From the NCBI GenBank assembly GCA_964246655.1, contig CAXTSK010000001.1, positions 1 through 40,360 of the forward strand: a stretch of 40,360 nucleotides of DNA, in the 5' to 3' direction. The notes under the pieces are model-generated. The model searched no databases, was not told the origin of the DNA, and worked only from the letters and a program-made list of their open reading frames with translations. Shown in pieces: positions 38,127 through 40,360 of this stretch. This stretch comes from an uncultured Pyrinomonadaceae bacterium (GTDB taxonomy: Bacteria; Acidobacteriota; Blastocatellia; Pyrinomonadales; Pyrinomonadaceae). The position numbers and the translations under genes are program-made. Every line of letters begins with the position of its first letter. Position 1 is the stretch's first letter.

Positions 38127-38778
38127 TCACCTTCAGCCCGGCGAAGAACGCTTCTATCCCGCGCCAGACCTCAGTACCGCCGGACAGTCCGCGCCAGCCC
38201 GCGCGGATCAGCCCGACGAGCTTGAAGCACTCGTCAATCGGTGCGATGTAGTAGTCGGCCGCGCCGCGCACGCGGTTGACGAGCAGAGCCTCCACGTCCG
38301 GCTCCAACTCGCGCAGCACCGGATTCTCTTCCAAGACCTCGGCCCACGCCGAGAGGTCTAAGAGCGACTCGGTCGCGCCCGCCGGGCTCGGGTAGAGCGC
38401 GAGCGTTCTCCCCGCGGGGCTGCTGTGGAAGAAGAAGGCCATGCCGATGGGGAGCATCAGGCTCTCCCACTGCGCGTCCGACATACGGAAGTCCGCGAGG
38501 TAGCGCACGCGGCGCGGGACGCGCCTGTACTTCGTCTCCGTCTGCCCGCTGAAGAGAATCGCGCACGCCTCGCAGGAGCAGAAGAGCTGGCGGGTCGGCG
38601 GCTCGAATAGGTGCGAGTGTTCGGACGACAGTTCTGCGCCGCACAGGTCGCAGCGCTCCGCCGCCGCCGCGCGCGGCCGCACGAAACGCCGCAGCACTTC
38701 GATTGCGGATTGCGGATTGCGGATTGCGGATTCTCCGACCACAGAAGACGGGCTGTTTTTTTCGAGGTCGTTCGTCAT
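38104..38778 (-). CDS. conserved hydrogenase-cluster protein, DUF5947-like, with a CxxC...CxCxxC motif
   Basis: ATG 38778 lies in the repeat loop; the track start at 38793 is a GTG inside the arm. ERCDLCGAELSSEHSHLFEPPTRQLFCSCEACAILF...YRRVP...MLPIGMAFFF...ALYPSPAGATES. Confidence 0.75.
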   Translation of the reverse strand: MTNDLEKNSPSSVVGESAIRNPQSAIEVLRRFVRPRAAAAERCDLCGAELSSEHSHLFEPPTRQLFCSCEACAILFSGQTETKYRRVPRRVRYLADFRMSDAQWESLMLPIGMAFFFHSSPAGRTLALYPSPAGATESLLDLSAWAEVLEENPVLRELEPDVEALLVNRVRGAADYYIAPIDECFKLVGLIRAGWRGLSGGTEVWRGIEAFFAGLKVKAVNREP

Positions 38779-38819
38779 CTCAGTACAATCCACAATCCGA
38801 ATTCCGCAATCCGCAATCA
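38701..38819. repeat. junction palindrome, GATTGCG family, copy 3
   Basis: The left arm is 4.5 x gattgcg (38701-38733). The right arm is identical over 35 nt to 30278-30312. The 52-nt loop holds ATG 38778. Confidence 0.85.
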
Positions 38820-38821
38820 GT

Positions 38822-39043
38822 TCAGGCCGGCGGCATGTTCGGGCTGTCGTCGTCCGACTCTACTTTGCCGGGGTTGATGGCCGTCGAATCTCTGGCGGTC
38901 GAGCCGCCGGAGGGGCGGTCGGCGTGCGTCGTCCCGGCGTCGTGACGGCCCGGCTCCTTCCCCTCGTCGTCCTTAATCTCCTCGCCCTGACGTGTGCCCG
39001 GCGTGTGCGTCGGCGCGTCCGCCGAAGTGTCCTGGTCTCCCAT
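38822..39043 (-). CDS. small acidic, low-complexity hydrophilic protein (73 aa)
   Basis: ATG 39043 with GAGGAGG 8 nt upstream. The stop abuts a repeat arm, as at other real gene ends. MGDQDTSADAPTHTPGTRQGEEIKDDEGKEPGRHDAG... Confidence 0.45.
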   Translation of the reverse strand: MGDQDTSADAPTHTPGTRQGEEIKDDEGKEPGRHDAGTTHADRPSGGSTARDSTAINPGKVESDDDSPNMPPA

Positions 39044-39067
39044 CGTTCTCTCCTCCTCAAAGACCTT

Positions 39068-39613
39068 TTAAGTAGAGGACAAGGCGGCGACGCTGGCCTG
39101 CCGCTTCCCTATCTGCACGAAGCCGTTCGAGGGGGCGGCGGGCGGCGTCTGCTCCGCGACGCCTTCAGCTTCGATGGCCGCCACGTCGGGCGCCTCCTTG
39201 TAGATCGCCTCCTCGATGGCGAGCTTGAGCGTCATCGAAGACGAAGGGCACGTCTTGCAACTTCCCTGAAGCCTGAGCCGCACCGTCCCCGCCTCGATGC
39301 CGAGCAGTTCGACGTTGCCCCCGTGTGAATCGAGATAAGGCCGCACCTTGTCGAGCGCCTGCAAGACCCTCTCTTCGAGCGGCACGGGATGCAGCCCGTA
39401 GAGCAGCAGCAGGTTCCCGACCAGCTCGTCGCCCGCCAAGCGGTCGAAGATGCGGTAGCCGGCCTCGCCCTCTTCCGCAATGATCTCCATCAAACGGTCG
39501 AGCCCCGCGCCGTGGAAGTCCATCAACGACTGCATCAGCTCCACGGCCGCCGCGCGCGCCTCCGGGTCGGGCAGCGCCTCTATCTTGCGAATCAACTCTT
39601 CGACTTTTTGCAT
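39068..39613 (-). CDS. NifU-C-terminal-domain (Fe-S cluster scaffold-like) protein
   Basis: ATG 39613. An N-terminal helical domain is followed by RPYLDSHGGNVELLGIEAGTVRLRLQGSCKTCPSSSMTLKLAIEEAI, the NifU-like CxxC module. Confidence 0.85.
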   Translation of the reverse strand: MQKVEELIRKIEALPDPEARAAAVELMQSLMDFHGAGLDRLMEIIAEEGEAGYRIFDRLAGDELVGNLLLLYGLHPVPLEERVLQALDKVRPYLDSHGGNVELLGIEAGTVRLRLQGSCKTCPSSSMTLKLAIEEAIYKEAPDVAAIEAEGVAEQTPPAAPSNGFVQIGKRQASVAALSST

Positions 39614-39624
39614 CGCGATTAGAC

Positions 39625-39685
39625 GGGTGTTAGGTGTTGGGTGAAAAACAAGTTGCCTGTCCCCAACACCCAACACCTAACACCC
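39625..39685. repeat. junction palindrome, GGGTGTT/AGGTGTT family, copy 2
   Basis: A perfect 19-bp stem, gggtgttaggtgttgggtg (39625-39643) with cacccaacacctaacaccc (39667-39685), and a 23-nt loop. Confidence 0.85.
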
Positions 39686-39694
39686 AAAACCCTC

Positions 39695-40360
39695 TTATTT
39701 AACTGCCCCGAACATCGGCGAGTGGTGCGTCTCCAGGACTTTGCCCTTCCCGAGGTACATGTGTACGCCGCACGGCAGGCACGGGTCGAAGCTACGCACG
39801 GCGCGCATGATGTCGATGCCCTTGAAGTTGTCAGGCCCGTTCTCTTCGAAGATGGGCGTGCCCTGCACGGCGTCTTCGTACGGCCCCGGCGTGCCGTAGA
39901 TGTCGCGCGGGTTGGCGTTCCAGGGCGTCGGCGGATACGGGTGGTAGTTGGCGATCTTGCCGTCGCGGATGACGACGTGGTGCGAGAGCACGCCGCGCAC
40001 CGCCTCGTGGAAGCCGCAGCCGATGGCCTCTTCGGGAACCTTGAAAGGCTCCCAGGTCTTCGTCCGTCCCGCGTGTAACTCGCCGAGCGCCTGCTCGACG
40101 AAGTAGAGCGCGGCCGCCGCCGAGTAAGCCTGGAAGTACGTGCGCGCGCGGTCGCGCTCAAGCGCGTTCGACCACTTCGGTATCTTCCACTCGAACTCGG
40201 TCTCGGGCTTCGTGGCCGTCTGCGGCAGGTAAATCTTGACGCTCTGGCCGGTCGCCTTGAGATAGCCGATGTCCACCTTGCCCGCGAGCGCCGTGGCCCA
40301 CAGGCGCGCGATGGCGCCGCCGCCCGTCGACACCGTGCCGTGCTCCGAAACGCCGAACGT
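39695..40360 (-). CDS. [NiFe]-hydrogenase large subunit, C-terminal part (gene continues past the right edge); high-affinity group 1h/5-like by context
   Basis: The frame is open to the window edge. C-terminal metal-binding motif RSFDPCLPCGVH, followed by a 21-aa extension MYLGKGKVLETHHSPMFGAVK. The downstream accessory set is typical of actinobacterial/acidobacterial-type uptake hydrogenases. Confidence 0.9.
   Translation of the reverse strand, partial: TFGVSEHGTVSTGGGAIARLWATALAGKVDIGYLKATGQSVKIYLPQTATKPETEFEWKIPKWSNALERDRARTYFQAYSAAAALYFVEQALGELHAGRTKTWEPFKVPEEAIGCGFHEAVRGVLSHHVVIRDGKIANYHPYPPTPWNANPRDIYGTPGPYEDAVQGTPIFEENGPDNFKGIDIMRAVRSFDPCLPCGVHMYLGKGKVLETHHSPMFGAVK

Noticed and set aside
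28317-39685. Could the short tandem repeats be CRISPR arrays?
   Set aside because: The units are 7-8 nt with no spacers and are arranged as inverted arms of single hairpins. No cas genes are present, and there are no 25-40 nt direct repeats alternating with unique spacers.

Overview
High-GC (about 65%) bacterial chromosomal segment. Gene content suggests Acidobacteriota (CarboxypepD_reg-type TonB receptor, high-affinity-type hydrogenase accessory set); this is inference only. Two functional blocks are present. (1) 0.3-26.3 kb is a plant hemicellulose side-chain and sugar-acid utilisation locus. It holds GntR and ROK regulators, a GH67 alpha-glucuronidase, a GH35-like/DUF5597 hydrolase, a GH127 hydrolase, a fused acetyl-xylan-esterase/SGNH esterase and a TonB-dependent receptor. 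It also holds a YjhG-type xylonate dehydratase, a glucarate-dehydratase-like enolase, a UxaC-like isomerase, a ketoglutarate-semialdehyde dehydrogenase, SDR/Gfo oxidoreductases and a cupin. (2) 26.3-40.4 kb is one long minus-strand string. It runs from the 3' end of a [NiFe]-hydrogenase large subunit through a NifU-like protein, several conserved proteins of unknown function and the maturation protease. It continues through two mini membrane proteins, a YceI-like protein, hypA, hypB, hypF, hypC, a SIS protein, hypD and hypE, and ends in an interrupted nickel permease. The most unusual signal is non-coding. Almost every intercistronic gap in block 2, and several gaps in block 1, is filled by a palindrome whose arms are tandem 7-8 nt repeats. 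These fall into several sequence families, arms are sometimes translated, and three copies hold the downstream start codon in the loop. All family assignments come from motifs I recognise by eye; no database search was possible.
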